The notes under the pieces are model-generated. The model was not told the DNA's origin and did not search any database. It saw only the letters and a program-made list of their open reading frames with translations. Positions 11,183 through 20,217 of a stretch of 56,641 bases of DNA are shown here, piece by piece (within the stretch, counting starts at the first letter, position 1; every line of letters begins with the position of its first letter). The stretch spans positions 1 through 56,641 of IMG/VR virus record IMGVR_UViG_3300044940_000530, one strand, 5' to 3'. Origin of the DNA: a virus. Taxonomy: Duplodnaviria; Caudoviricetes. The translations under genes were made by a program, and so were the position numbers.

Positions 11183-11344
11183 TTACCTCTTCTTCGGCTT
11201 CCGCGCCGTCTTGGCGGATTCGATGAAATCCTGCGCGGTGGGCGCGCCTTTGGTGCCCGGCTTACGCATGGTTTCGCCGCTTCCTGCTGCGATTCGACGG
11301 CGTTTCGCGTGGATGTTGGCATAAAGCCCAGGACGCTTGCTCAT
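11183..11344 (-). CDS. Small basic phage protein, 53 aa
   Basis: MSKRPGLYANIHAKRRRIAAGSGETMRKPG..GAPT, a recurrent small phage protein pattern; ATG at 11344 sits just after the upstream stop. Confidence 0.75.
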   Translation of the reverse strand: MSKRPGLYANIHAKRRRIAAGSGETMRKPGTKGAPTAQDFIESAKTARKPKKR

Positions 11345-11345
11345 G

Positions 11346-11594
11346 TCAGCACTTCCACGCCCGGAGGCTCTTGTTGATGCGGCTGTTGGGATCATTGGCG
11401 GTCTTGGCGCTGGTCAGCTTCGCCTTCATTCCCTTCATGCGCGCGCAGAAAGAATCCCTGCGCGGACCGCCCTCGGGTTGCGGAGGTTTGAGATTTCCCC
11501 CCGTCGCGCGGTTGTAGGCAGCCCGCCCCTTGGCGTTCAACCCACCGTTCGGGTCCTTATGCTCTGCCCTGAAGTCGAAACGTTTCTTGCTCAC
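11346..11594 (-). CDS. Small basic phage protein (DUF6321-like), 82 aa
   Basis: HKDPNGGLNAKGRA...RRDSFCARMKG...SLRAWKC; GTG start with GGAGG SD. Confidence 0.75.
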   Translation of the reverse strand: MSKKRFDFRAEHKDPNGGLNAKGRAAYNRATGGNLKPPQPEGGPRRDSFCARMKGMKAKLTSAKTANDPNSRINKSLRAWKC

Positions 11595-11917
11595 TTGGGG
11601 CCTCCCTGATCCAGTTTCGATTTCCAACGCTCGATGACGAAAACAAACGTCGCATCTATGAACTTGCCGCCACCGATGCTGGTGATGACGATGACGGCGA
11701 TACCCATCTGCGAATCGGGCGGAATCGACAGATATTCAGCAACACCCGCGCCCATAAGCCCGAGAGGGATACCAACCGCCAACTCCCATGCCGCCTCCCA
11801 ACCCCGTTTCCGTGGGTTTGAATGCGCCAGGGTATAGAAGCGCCCGAGGATTCCGAAGAGTCCGGCAGCGGCGATGGAAGCCGGATCAGCATCGGGGGGC
11901 GTGGACGACAACGGCAT
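11591..11917 (-). CDS. Putative holin
   Basis: 108 aa with 2-3 hydrophobic segments and a charged C-terminus; SD AGGAG. Confidence 0.6.
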   Translation of the reverse strand: MPLSSTPPDADPASIAAAGLFGILGRFYTLAHSNPRKRGWEAAWELAVGIPLGLMGAGVAEYLSIPPDSQMGIAVIVITSIGGGKFIDATFVFVIERWKSKLDQGGPK

Positions 11918-11963
11918 GGCAAGCTCCTGTGCATCACCCCCCGATGCGAGACCATAGCACGCC

Positions 11964-12332
11964 TCAGGAAGTAACCGCGATGCCTACCGTTAATGATCCA
12001 ACGGCGATGGTAACGGGCGAACCCGGCCCGAGTGTCACGGCGTTCACGAGCGGCCCCACCCATATGCAGGAACCTCCCGTGATCGTAGTGAACAGCCCGG
12101 CATGGGTCAGCCCGGAGAAAGCCACCGTCGTCGCAGGGACCGTCACCTCAGCGGCGTTCGTTCCACTCGCGCCTGTCACTGTCAGGCTGACGCTCACTCG
12201 CGTATATGAACCTCCGGAAGGTTCGCCGATCAGTCCTGCGGAATCCTTTCCGGTCCCCAACCCGAGGAAGTATGGACCGCTAACAGCCGCCATTGCCTGT
12301 GCGGCACCGGTCGTAGTCAAGTAGCTTGCCAT
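11964..12332 (-). CDS. Small tail/fibre-associated structural protein (paralogue of 8509..8943)
   Basis: GE.SGGSYTRV...NAAEVTVP...THAGLF...GPL pattern. Confidence 0.65.
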   Translation of the reverse strand: MASYLTTTGAAQAMAAVSGPYFLGLGTGKDSAGLIGEPSGGSYTRVSVSLTVTGASGTNAAEVTVPATTVAFSGLTHAGLFTTITGGSCIWVGPLVNAVTLGPGSPVTIAVGSLTVGIAVTS

Positions 12333-12353
12333 GTTGGGGACCTTTCAGAAGGT

Positions 12354-13553
12354 TCAGGGGGTTTCGACGACCGCGCCAAACTGATTCGGCGCAGCGAAAA
12401 GCGGAATGTCGGAACCGGTGCAATCTTCCGCAGCATCGGTCACGGAAGGTGTATTGCCGGGGTCCGCCCAGATCGCGTTCGCAAGCGCCCCTCGTGGCGG
12501 TGTGGTGCCATTCACGAACTCGCTGTAACCACCCATACCCGCCCAGAACTGAAGCCGCGCACCGGGCGTCACTCCCGACACACTCAACGTGAGGGTCGCA
12601 TAACCCGTGGTCGCTACATTCGCGTTGTTGAACGCGCCCGCCTGATTCGTGATCGATCCCGCCGTCACCGTGAAACCGCCGCTCCCCTGTCTGCGCAACG
12701 GCAGGCGCGCGGGCGACACGAAACGCGCCACCAGCGTTGTCGGATTCGTCAGAGTCGCGGATACGAGCCGTGGCTGTCCGCGCGTCGGCGGAATGACCCC
12801 GTTACGGAGCGCAATGGCTGTGGCGACGGCGCGAGCAAAACGATAAGACGCGCTGCGGATCGGATGCACGAAGTCGGGCGAGCCGTTGATATACGCCCCG
12901 CGCGGAGTGAATGGCGTGGCATGGACAGGGGGCATGCAGAACGAAAGTTGGTTCGCGCCCGCGAACGGACGCCCCGCGCCGCCGATTGCTTCGAAGATTC
13001 GTCGCATGCCGCCGAGTCGGGCTGCCACATCCGCCCCACCATCGCGCGCGCCGGGCACCAGTGTCAGGATTCTGAACTCGCCGAAGGACGATGCGACGGC
13101 ATCGTTGATGGCCGTATAGTAACCCGTCACCGATGTGGCATACAAGGAATCGGTGTAAGACGCAGAGCTTGCGTCCTGAGTCTGCGACCAGTGAATGAAC
13201 ACCCCGAGCCTGGACGCATTGGCGAATGTAAGCATGTGCTCGCGCTGCGCGATGCCATGCACGTCGAGCGCGTTGTTCGTGTCATGCCAGAACGCATCGC
13301 TCCCGCCGTTGAGCGAGCGAACCAACGCGGTCCCCCCTACGGCGGTGTATGTTTGCGGTCCCGGCCCCGATACCGCGCTCACTGTAACGGTCACGCCCGG
13401 CATCCACGTTTCGAGGAGTGTCTTCATATGCACCCCGGCGGTGGGAAGGGACGCCATGGGATCGTCCACTGTCTCGCCCCCACCCCCGGCCGCCATAAGG
13501 GCTTGGCTTTGACCGTTGAACGTCACGGCGATGCTGCTGAATCGCGCGCTCAT
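12354..13553 (-). CDS. SGNH/SASA-like carbohydrate esterase, probably virion-associated
   Basis: FNGQSQA (GQS nucleophile block), AVGGT, HWSQTQD and DFVHP (DxxH) occur in the expected order. Confidence 0.6.
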   Translation of the reverse strand: MSARFSSIAVTFNGQSQALMAAGGGGETVDDPMASLPTAGVHMKTLLETWMPGVTVTVSAVSGPGPQTYTAVGGTALVRSLNGGSDAFWHDTNNALDVHGIAQREHMLTFANASRLGVFIHWSQTQDASSASYTDSLYATSVTGYYTAINDAVASSFGEFRILTLVPGARDGGADVAARLGGMRRIFEAIGGAGRPFAGANQLSFCMPPVHATPFTPRGAYINGSPDFVHPIRSASYRFARAVATAIALRNGVIPPTRGQPRLVSATLTNPTTLVARFVSPARLPLRRQGSGGFTVTAGSITNQAGAFNNANVATTGYATLTLSVSGVTPGARLQFWAGMGGYSEFVNGTTPPRGALANAIWADPGNTPSVTDAAEDCTGSDIPLFAAPNQFGAVVETP

Positions 13554-13555
13554 TG

Positions 13556-16102
13556 TCAGACCCTCGACAGAAGGTAGTTGAGATTCGCTTCAAGCACGCC
13601 ATCAGACGTGGGCGGAGCGAGATCGACGATGACTTCCCGCAACTCCCAGTTGCCCATGCCGCCCGTAGGATCGTAGAGAGCGCGGCCGATGCGGGCGCGT
13701 GGGTTGTTGGCGGACGTGCTCCATGTGCGAGCCGTGTTTCCGTCCACACTCTCCATGGTGGTGAAGTTCCCGCCCGCTGCCGACTTCACGCGGAGACGCG
13801 GAAGGTTATCGCTCGTGTTGGGCGTCGTCCGGTCGTCGTTGAAGACGAAGGCGATGGCGTGCCACACGTTTGCAACAACCGTCCCTGTCGTAGCCGCCAC
13901 AGTGACGGCGGTTCCAGAAGCACGCCAAGAACGAATCACACCGCTGCTGAGGACACACACGGCAACGCCGTTGCGTTCGTCGGCAAACGTGTTGTGCTGC
14001 GTGCCGCCGGAGAAGAGATAAGTCCGCCACGTCGGGACAGTGAGGAACCGGAACGTCATATATACGACGCCTCGCTGGCCCGAGTTTGGCGCGTTCCCAA
14101 GAAGCTGCGCCAACGTGCCGCTACCCGTCCCCGTAGCGAGGAAGTCCCCATTTTCGTCAGTTTGCGAATCCGAAGCAAACGAAATGGTTCCCGTGGACGT
14201 GCTGTGAGATGGCTGATTCGCCGCAGTGTTCTGAATCAGCGAGCGCGTCGCGGGACTCAACGAAGCAAACGACGACACGGCCCCGTTGGCTGTCGTCACG
14301 CTCGCCGCAGTGTTGGCGTCATGGATGTGAAGCGGGTCGTTCAACACCATGCCCGCAACCGTGGACGCGAGCGCGAAGAAGGTGCTCTCGTTCTGCCAAT
14401 CGATTGCGGTGCTTTCGCCACCACCTTGGACTGGCTGAACCGGCGAAGTTGGCTGCGAAGTCGCGATGCCCGTGCCCAAGCTGTTCTGACCCTGAACCCG
14501 CACCTCCATGGCCGCCCCCTGGTCGGCGACCGTAAGCGTGTAAGTCGCCGCCGTAGCCCCCGGCACGGCCACACCCGCGCGAAGCCACTGGAAGGTATAG
14601 GTGATCGGCGCACGACCCGCCCACGTTCCTGTGGAGGCGGTCAACGTCTGCCCCACCTGCGCTGTTCCTGTGATGGTCGGGAGAGTCTCGTTGATCGGGC
14701 GCTCGTCAACGACCGGGAGCATGTTGGAGAACCACGTAAACGTGTTCGAGGCCCACGTTCCGAGCGGGCGCGCGGCTGCTCCCGTGCCATACGTCACCGC
14801 CCAATACGTAGGCCCGATACCACGATTCGCACGCAGCCAATCCCTGTGCGTGATCAGCAGGTTGCGCCGCGTCACGGAATTGGCGTTATCGGTGGTGAAC
14901 CGGTCGAACTCCGCGACAAAGAACGGTCTGCCCGTCGCCGTTGACCACGCCACCGCGTTCGCCCAGGCAGAAGCCGGATTCATGGAATCCGTATAAAGGT
15001 GCGCCTTGTAGAGAACCCCGGTATCGAGCGTGGGCACGATCTGCGCCAAAGAACCGACAGACGAGAAGTTGGCACCCCCGGCCACGATGACGCGCGTCGG
15101 TGTCACGGCGCGCATCAAGGCCAGGAACTCCTCCCGGATGGGGCGATCCGTCGCCTCGCGTGCCGCGTCGTTGGCACCCAACGCAACGGATTCGTTCTGC
15201 CATTCCAACGCGAGACGGCGTTGCGGGTCGTTGATGTTCTGCTGGATGTGCGCGCACCACGACTGGCACAAGAGGTATAACCCGGCCCATCCGTAGTTGT
15301 TGCGGTTCGCCGCACCGTAAGGGTTGCCCCCTTGCGTCGTCGCAAAGTCCCAGAGGTTCTTCCCGAAGGGGGTGACGATGACATACATCCCCGCGTCGAG
15401 CGCGTTCTGGATCGATGCATACCAGTTGGTGCCGCGCGTATTGAGGTTGCGCCACACGCACAACATCGCGCCGCCGTTGGTCAACGTCACGGTCTGGTCC
15501 GCGCTGCGAGTGCCGGTGCCTCGGATTCTGACGAATCTATCCGGCCCCGAACCGCCAACGCTCGATACGTTATAGACCTGCCCGCGCGTTATCGTGATCC
15601 CCCCGATGGTTTGCGTCGCAGGCCCATCCCACCGCAGCACGACAGGATCGCCGACAACCGGATTCCATATGGGGTGATTGCCGATGCTCACCTCATCGGG
15701 AGCAAGCGCTGCGGAGGTCGCGATGGACGACACCGACCGCATGAACTCGAAGTTGTTGTTCGGGTCGAACACCTCGGCGAAGTTGCGAACCAGCCGGACA
15801 CCGCGCGCATACTGCTCATCGAAGTGCGCGCGGGGAATAATCCCGTTGGTGGTCACAGACCCAGGGATATAGAACGAATACCTCTCGTAGTTGAGCGCCC
15901 CCGCAGCCGACGCGGCGAGAAACGCCGGAATCATCGCCGCAGCGTTCCCCGCAGGCGGAATCGGGGTCCTGCCGAACGCCTGCGCGAGCGCGAACTGCGT
16001 ATCGACAGGAATCAGTGAATCCTCACCACGCTCGTAGGCGGTGATTCCAGCGGAATCAATACCGTCTCGAAACCTGCGAGCGCGCTGCGACCGTGTGACC
16101 AT
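13556..16102 (-). CDS. Virion-associated GH5-like glycoside hydrolase with Ig-like and C-terminal lectin/LamG-like domains, 848 aa
   Basis: GVRLVR, GMYVIV, LEWQNE (acid/base), AHLY, PFFVAEF (nucleophile) and YW motifs, then P.N.TLPTITGTAQVGQTLTASTGTW Ig-like repeat. Confidence 0.7.
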   Translation of the reverse strand: MVTRSQRARRFRDGIDSAGITAYERGEDSLIPVDTQFALAQAFGRTPIPPAGNAAAMIPAFLAASAAGALNYERYSFYIPGSVTTNGIIPRAHFDEQYARGVRLVRNFAEVFDPNNNFEFMRSVSSIATSAALAPDEVSIGNHPIWNPVVGDPVVLRWDGPATQTIGGITITRGQVYNVSSVGGSGPDRFVRIRGTGTRSADQTVTLTNGGAMLCVWRNLNTRGTNWYASIQNALDAGMYVIVTPFGKNLWDFATTQGGNPYGAANRNNYGWAGLYLLCQSWCAHIQQNINDPQRRLALEWQNESVALGANDAAREATDRPIREEFLALMRAVTPTRVIVAGGANFSSVGSLAQIVPTLDTGVLYKAHLYTDSMNPASAWANAVAWSTATGRPFFVAEFDRFTTDNANSVTRRNLLITHRDWLRANRGIGPTYWAVTYGTGAAARPLGTWASNTFTWFSNMLPVVDERPINETLPTITGTAQVGQTLTASTGTWAGRAPITYTFQWLRAGVAVPGATAATYTLTVADQGAAMEVRVQGQNSLGTGIATSQPTSPVQPVQGGGESTAIDWQNESTFFALASTVAGMVLNDPLHIHDANTAASVTTANGAVSSFASLSPATRSLIQNTAANQPSHSTSTGTISFASDSQTDENGDFLATGTGSGTLAQLLGNAPNSGQRGVVYMTFRFLTVPTWRTYLFSGGTQHNTFADERNGVAVCVLSSGVIRSWRASGTAVTVAATTGTVVANVWHAIAFVFNDDRTTPNTSDNLPRLRVKSAAGGNFTTMESVDGNTARTWSTSANNPRARIGRALYDPTGGMGNWELREVIVDLAPPTSDGVLEANLNYLLSRV

Positions 16103-16123
16103 GACGAGAACTCCTGTTCTGGG

Positions 16124-16552
16124 TCAGGCCGCAAGCACCGCTGCCGTGGGTGCGCTGTCCACACTGACCGCACCCGCAATATTCGTGCCAGTCACTCGAA
16201 AACGCAGCACTTGACCCACATCAGCCGGGACAGGGGAATACGTAAGCGCCGACGCCCGGAGAATCGGCACCGTTCCACGGAGCCAAACACCCGTCAGAAC
16301 CACCCGCGCACCCGTCCATGTGCCGAACGTTGCAGTCAGGGTAGCCCCTACCTGCGCCGTGCCCGTGATGGTTGGGAGAGCGGTGTTCACCGGAAGGGTG
16401 ACGGCGGCGGGCATCGTGTTGGGCCGCACCACCCGCGCGCGGGTGCGCTGTTCAGCGGGGGCGATCCGCGAACGCTCGTCGTTCTCATACGCGGTGAGGA
16501 ACGAAGAATCGATTCCTTTCTCGTAGCGGAGTCGGCGTTGTGAGCGCGGCAT
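16124..16552 (-). CDS. Ig-like domain virion protein, 142 aa
   Basis: PVNTALPTITGTAQVGATLTATFGTW Ig-like domain; N-terminus shared with the 848-aa neighbour; SD AGGAGG. Confidence 0.7.
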   Translation of the reverse strand: MPRSQRRLRYEKGIDSSFLTAYENDERSRIAPAEQRTRARVVRPNTMPAAVTLPVNTALPTITGTAQVGATLTATFGTWTGARVVLTGVWLRGTVPILRASALTYSPVPADVGQVLRFRVTGTNIAGAVSVDSAPTAAVLAA

Positions 16553-16608
16553 GGGATTCCTCCTATGGAGCGTCGGGGTCGGGGGCGAGAATCACAGCGT
16601 GCTCCTCG

Positions 16609-17091
16609 TCATAAGGCAGCCGCCGTTTGAAACAGCGCATCCATTTGCTCGGCAGTGGCGAGTTGCGCATTGATGATCGCCTGAACCAGCGGATGCGACC
16701 GTTCAACCCGCGTCATGGTGGCCCAGGTAATACGCGCGGCAAGCGCCTGCTCTCCGGGCAGTTGCGCGAACACCGCGTCGATGGCAGCAGGCACATCGCC
16801 CGTCCTGGCCGCTGCCAGCGCCTCGGCCTCGGTGATCAGCCCCGCTTGCGCCAGCGCAATCAACAGTTGGCGACGCGAAATAATATCAGGAACAGCCAAC
16901 GGTGGCGACGGTGGCGGCGGATTCTCAACCCCCTCCTGAACCGGCTCAGGTTCCAACGGAACATCAATATTGCGAGCGGCTCTTGCGACTTCTGCGAACA
17001 ACGGATCGGTAGGCACAACGTGATAAGGCCAGTTATTGTCTGTTAGAATTACAAACGAGCCGTCCAAACGACGATAAAGAAGATTCCACAT
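16609..17091 (-). CDS. Tail fibre assembly/chaperone-like protein, 160 aa
   Basis: ATG 17091 overlaps the fibre stop; ISRRQLLIAL...W...RVERSHPLV...MDALFQTAA C-terminal pattern is typical of genes following tail fibres. Confidence 0.6.
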   Translation of the reverse strand: MWNLLYRRLDGSFVILTDNNWPYHVVPTDPLFAEVARAARNIDVPLEPEPVQEGVENPPPPSPPLAVPDIISRRQLLIALAQAGLITEAEALAAARTGDVPAAIDAVFAQLPGEQALAARITWATMTRVERSHPLVQAIINAQLATAEQMDALFQTAAAL

Positions 17092-18110
17092 CACGCAATC
17101 CTCCAAGCAAAACCAATCCATGATGGTGTTCCAGTAGCATTTGGTGGAGCAGACCCAAAAGCAGTCCCTCCGGCTGCAATCAAAACAGATGGAGAGTAAA
17201 GTGATGGTGGAACTCTCTCGCTGTTGCCATCCTGAGTAGGAACAAAATGCTCTAACCTCCAAACAAAACGAAAAACAAACCACGTTCCGCCTGATGGTAG
17301 TGTATAGGACGAACCTTGTATCACCACAACCTGCCCGACACCATTGGGTGATTGCGGCATTGGCGCGCGGGTTGAGATTTGCGCGCTAACATTCGTCACC
17401 TGCGTGTCCACATACGCCTTGCGTGTGGCGTGGTTCGGATTAGTAGGATCTGAACCGGGCAAAGTCAGTTGGCCCGTCATCGGCACCGAACCATCCGGTC
17501 TGACCAAAGACGCCGCAGCAATAGCTTGCGCGGTCCTCAATGGCGTCATCAACTTGTCCGGGTTCGTGCCCGCCTCGGCTTCGGTAAGCGTCGCAAGCCG
17601 CGCTGTTGTCTGCTCATACCCCCGAACAGGCGTGAGAAACAGTGTGTTGTCAGTCGGAGGAAGCAACTGAACGGCGGCCGTAGGTGTCGGCGTCAGGCGT
17701 TCGGTCAACGCCACGACATCAGAGATCGGATGCGTGTGCAGAAGCGGCGCGCGACTCGCCAGCGCGGCATCGAGTCCGACTATTTGCGCCGTCGTATGCG
17801 TGTGTCCCTGCTGCACGAAAGCATCGAAACACCCCGCCGTGATCCGCATGGTGACAGAAGAACCCGCCGTCCACGTCTGCGCCGACGTATCCTCGCGGCC
17901 GCGAACAACCGTCAGCACATCGCCCGTGCGGGCGGTGCAATGCATGATCTCGAACGCCGCGCCGTTCTGCACGGTGATGATGAAATACTGCCCCGGCGAA
18001 GGATTCGGAAAACGCGAACCTTCTCCGGGCGGCAGATTTACCGTGTTGTCCGTGATGAGAATCCCGGACGCCAGCGTGGAGACGACGTTGTTGCGGAAAA
18101 GGATTGTCAT
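17091..18110 (-). CDS. Tail fibre / receptor-binding protein, 339 aa
   Basis: FRNNVVSTLASGI...FP...FEIM.CTARTGDVLTV.RG.EDT anchor, HTH.I..GL metal-binding repeats, ATL.EAEAGT...MTPL and MTGQLTL...HATRKAYVD fibre motifs. Confidence 0.85.
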   Translation of the reverse strand: MTILFRNNVVSTLASGILITDNTVNLPPGEGSRFPNPSPGQYFIITVQNGAAFEIMHCTARTGDVLTVVRGREDTSAQTWTAGSSVTMRITAGCFDAFVQQGHTHTTAQIVGLDAALASRAPLLHTHPISDVVALTERLTPTPTAAVQLLPPTDNTLFLTPVRGYEQTTARLATLTEAEAGTNPDKLMTPLRTAQAIAAASLVRPDGSVPMTGQLTLPGSDPTNPNHATRKAYVDTQVTNVSAQISTRAPMPQSPNGVGQVVVIQGSSYTLPSGGTWFVFRFVWRLEHFVPTQDGNSERVPPSLYSPSVLIAAGGTAFGSAPPNATGTPSWIGFAWRIA

Positions 18111-18736
18111 CGGCCGAACCTCGGAAACCGCCACGCCGCCGTGTGCGCGTTGCGCTCGCTGCGCACCAGCGCGGAGCACTCGGCGACGGCGGAATTGAAG
18201 CTACGAAGGTTGAAGAGCGCCCTACCGGCATCCGTCCAGGGCTTCTCCGGCATCGCGTGAAGGCGAGCGCGCAACCCGAACAGGATCATCTCGTAGTGCG
18301 GCTCGATCTCCGCCGGAATCGCCGCCCCGGAAAGAACGTCGATGGACAGGACCAGCTTGACGCGAAAGGTCTGAACACCGGTCGGAATGGGGCTGACCGC
18401 GATTGTGCTTGCTGTCGGAAGCCCGACTCTACGAATCGGACCGCTATCCAGATCGTCGGATATCCCCAACGAAAGGAACTCGCCGTCGCGACCCTCCACC
18501 ACCATGCGCGCCCACAGAATCTCCGTAGCGATGACGCCTTCCGCGATCTCCAACTCGTAGAAGCGTTCGCCGGGAGTCGTGGTGATCGTTACGATGCCTT
18601 GCCACAACTTGGTGCGGCGGAGCGCGTCATACACCACCCAACGCAGGTTCCGCTCGACAAACGCAAGCTCGATGCCCGGCATCTCCGCCAGGACACTGGT
18701 GATGATGTTGTCGCGGAACGGGGCGGTATCGGTCAT
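18107..18736 (-). CDS. Head-tail adaptor / tail tubular protein A-like
   Basis: Located two genes after the major capsid gene; 209 aa with RL..MP.KPWTD motif. Confidence 0.6.
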   Translation of the reverse strand: MTDTAPFRDNIITSVLAEMPGIELAFVERNLRWVVYDALRRTKLWQGIVTITTTPGERFYELEIAEGVIATEILWARMVVEGRDGEFLSLGISDDLDSGPIRRVGLPTASTIAVSPIPTGVQTFRVKLVLSIDVLSGAAIPAEIEPHYEMILFGLRARLHAMPEKPWTDAGRALFNLRSFNSAVAECSALVRSERNAHTAAWRFPRFGR

Positions 18737-19083
18737 TTCGGGTTGCCCCGCAGCGCCACACCATAAGCCGTGACCATCGTGATCGCCCGGCCATCCATGG
18801 TGAACTCGTCATCGCGCAGTTCGGCACGCCCGACGACATAGTTGATCAGAGGGACGAAATACTGCTCGGGCATCAACACCTGAGCGTTCATCGTGCCCGC
18901 CGTGTATTGCGGCAGTGGTTGGGCCAACGTTTCGATGAACAGATCGGGGCGCACACGGCGGGCCTCGCGTAGGCCTTCGGCCACCAGCCTCGCCAACTGG
19001 TCGTCGGTGTAGCGAAACGGCTGAACCTCGTCCTGAAGAAGAACCCTGGCCTGCGTAACCAGTTGTCTGACTGTGAAGGCCAT
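18733..19083 (-). CDS. Putative head-tail connector/adaptor protein, 116 aa
   Basis: ARVLLQD...RYTDDQL......GL......RPDLF pattern; SD GGAG; directly after the capsid gene. Confidence 0.65.
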   Translation of the reverse strand: MAFTVRQLVTQARVLLQDEVQPFRYTDDQLARLVAEGLREARRVRPDLFIETLAQPLPQYTAGTMNAQVLMPEQYFVPLINYVVGRAELRDDEFTMDGRAITMVTAYGVALRGNPK

Positions 19084-19109
19084 GATTCTCTCCCGCTCAC
19101 GCTCTATGG

Positions 19110-19162
19110 GTGAAAGAACCAGATGAAGGGGTGCCGGTCCATGCCCTAAAGACCAGCACCCC
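19110..19162 (-). terminator. Probable terminator/attenuator hairpin after the major capsid gene
   Basis: GGGGTGCYGGTC...GACCRGCACCCC stem followed on the minus strand by a T-rich run. Confidence 0.55.
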
Positions 19163-19179
19163 CCCATGCCGTCAGCCGA

Positions 19180-20160
19180 TCAGGCGGGGTTGCCCGCGTT
19201 CGGATCAGGACGGGCATACAACTGCGCGTAGGCGGTCGGGTCGATGACCTGACGGCCATAGACCTGAAGCCCGCGCAGAAGATCGGAGAAGGACCGCTCG
19301 GAGCGAATCTTCTCCATGTTGGTCATCTGGCTGGCGAACGTCACCGCGTTCTTGTGGCCAGCGTAGATGTAAGTCGCGCCATCGGTGTTGTTGCCCTCGA
19401 TCCCATCGGTAGTCGAGGTGGGGAGCAGATTCGACGTGTAGAGAGTGAATCGGTCGATGGTGCCAAGACGGCCGTTGCGGGCAACGGAAGTCGAATCGCC
19501 GGTGAGCGAAGCGTCACGAAGGTCCGACCGCTTGAGCAACGACGCCATCCATGCGGGCATGACGATCCAACGCCCCGTCTCCGGGATGTTCTGCTCGTCC
19601 AAGACCTGACCAAGAAGAATGATGAAGTCCATCACGTTCGTGCGCGTGATGACGACGGGGGTGCCAGCGACGCCGAGGTTGATGTTCTGCGAGATTCGCC
19701 CGGCACCCGTCCCGCGATTGCGAGCCGCAGACCGGTTGACGAGGAACTGAAGAACATCGGTATCGATGGAGATTTTCATCTGCTCGGAGGCGTCCTCCGT
19801 CCAGATGTTCATCAAGTTCACATCGGCCTGATGCGCCAGCACATCATCGACGGCGACGTGGAAGTAGCGGCCCTGGTCGATGGCCATTTCGATGATGGCG
19901 GCACCGGGGCGCTCGATGATCAGGTCCTGATTCGCTTGGTAGGGGCGAATCGTGATCGTCGGGCGGACGCGCATCTTCACGCGGTCGCCCTGGTTCCGAA
20001 TCTCGCCCTCGTATTGTGTGTTCGCGATAGCCGCGAGCACCGTCGCGTCGTAGAACTTCTCGATCAGCTTCGTGGACCAGATTTCCGGGATGAACGTCCC
20101 GGAATAGGCGGGCGACGGATTGGGACCGGCCCACGGAGTTGCTGAGACAGGAAACGACAT
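19180..20160 (-). CDS. Major capsid protein (HK97 fold), 326 aa
   Basis: FIPEIWSTKL, YEGEI.NQGD.V, IDQ..YF...DD, LD.Q.IP..GRW, RGL.VYG..V motifs; SD AGGAGG; follows the scaffold gene. Confidence 0.92.
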   Translation of the reverse strand: MSFPVSATPWAGPNPSPAYSGTFIPEIWSTKLIEKFYDATVLAAIANTQYEGEIRNQGDRVKMRVRPTITIRPYQANQDLIIERPGAAIIEMAIDQGRYFHVAVDDVLAHQADVNLMNIWTEDASEQMKISIDTDVLQFLVNRSAARNRGTGAGRISQNINLGVAGTPVVITRTNVMDFIILLGQVLDEQNIPETGRWIVMPAWMASLLKRSDLRDASLTGDSTSVARNGRLGTIDRFTLYTSNLLPTSTTDGIEGNNTDGATYIYAGHKNAVTFASQMTNMEKIRSERSFSDLLRGLQVYGRQVIDPTAYAQLYARPDPNAGNPA

Positions 20161-20217
20161 CGTGCTTGCCTCCTAAGCGATGGACGACCGCAACGATGGT
20201 GCTCCCACGTTCAGCGG

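Noticed and set aside
17091-18110. Diversity-generating retroelement targeting the tail fibre
   Set aside because: No reverse transcriptase and no template-repeat copy of the fibre C-terminus.
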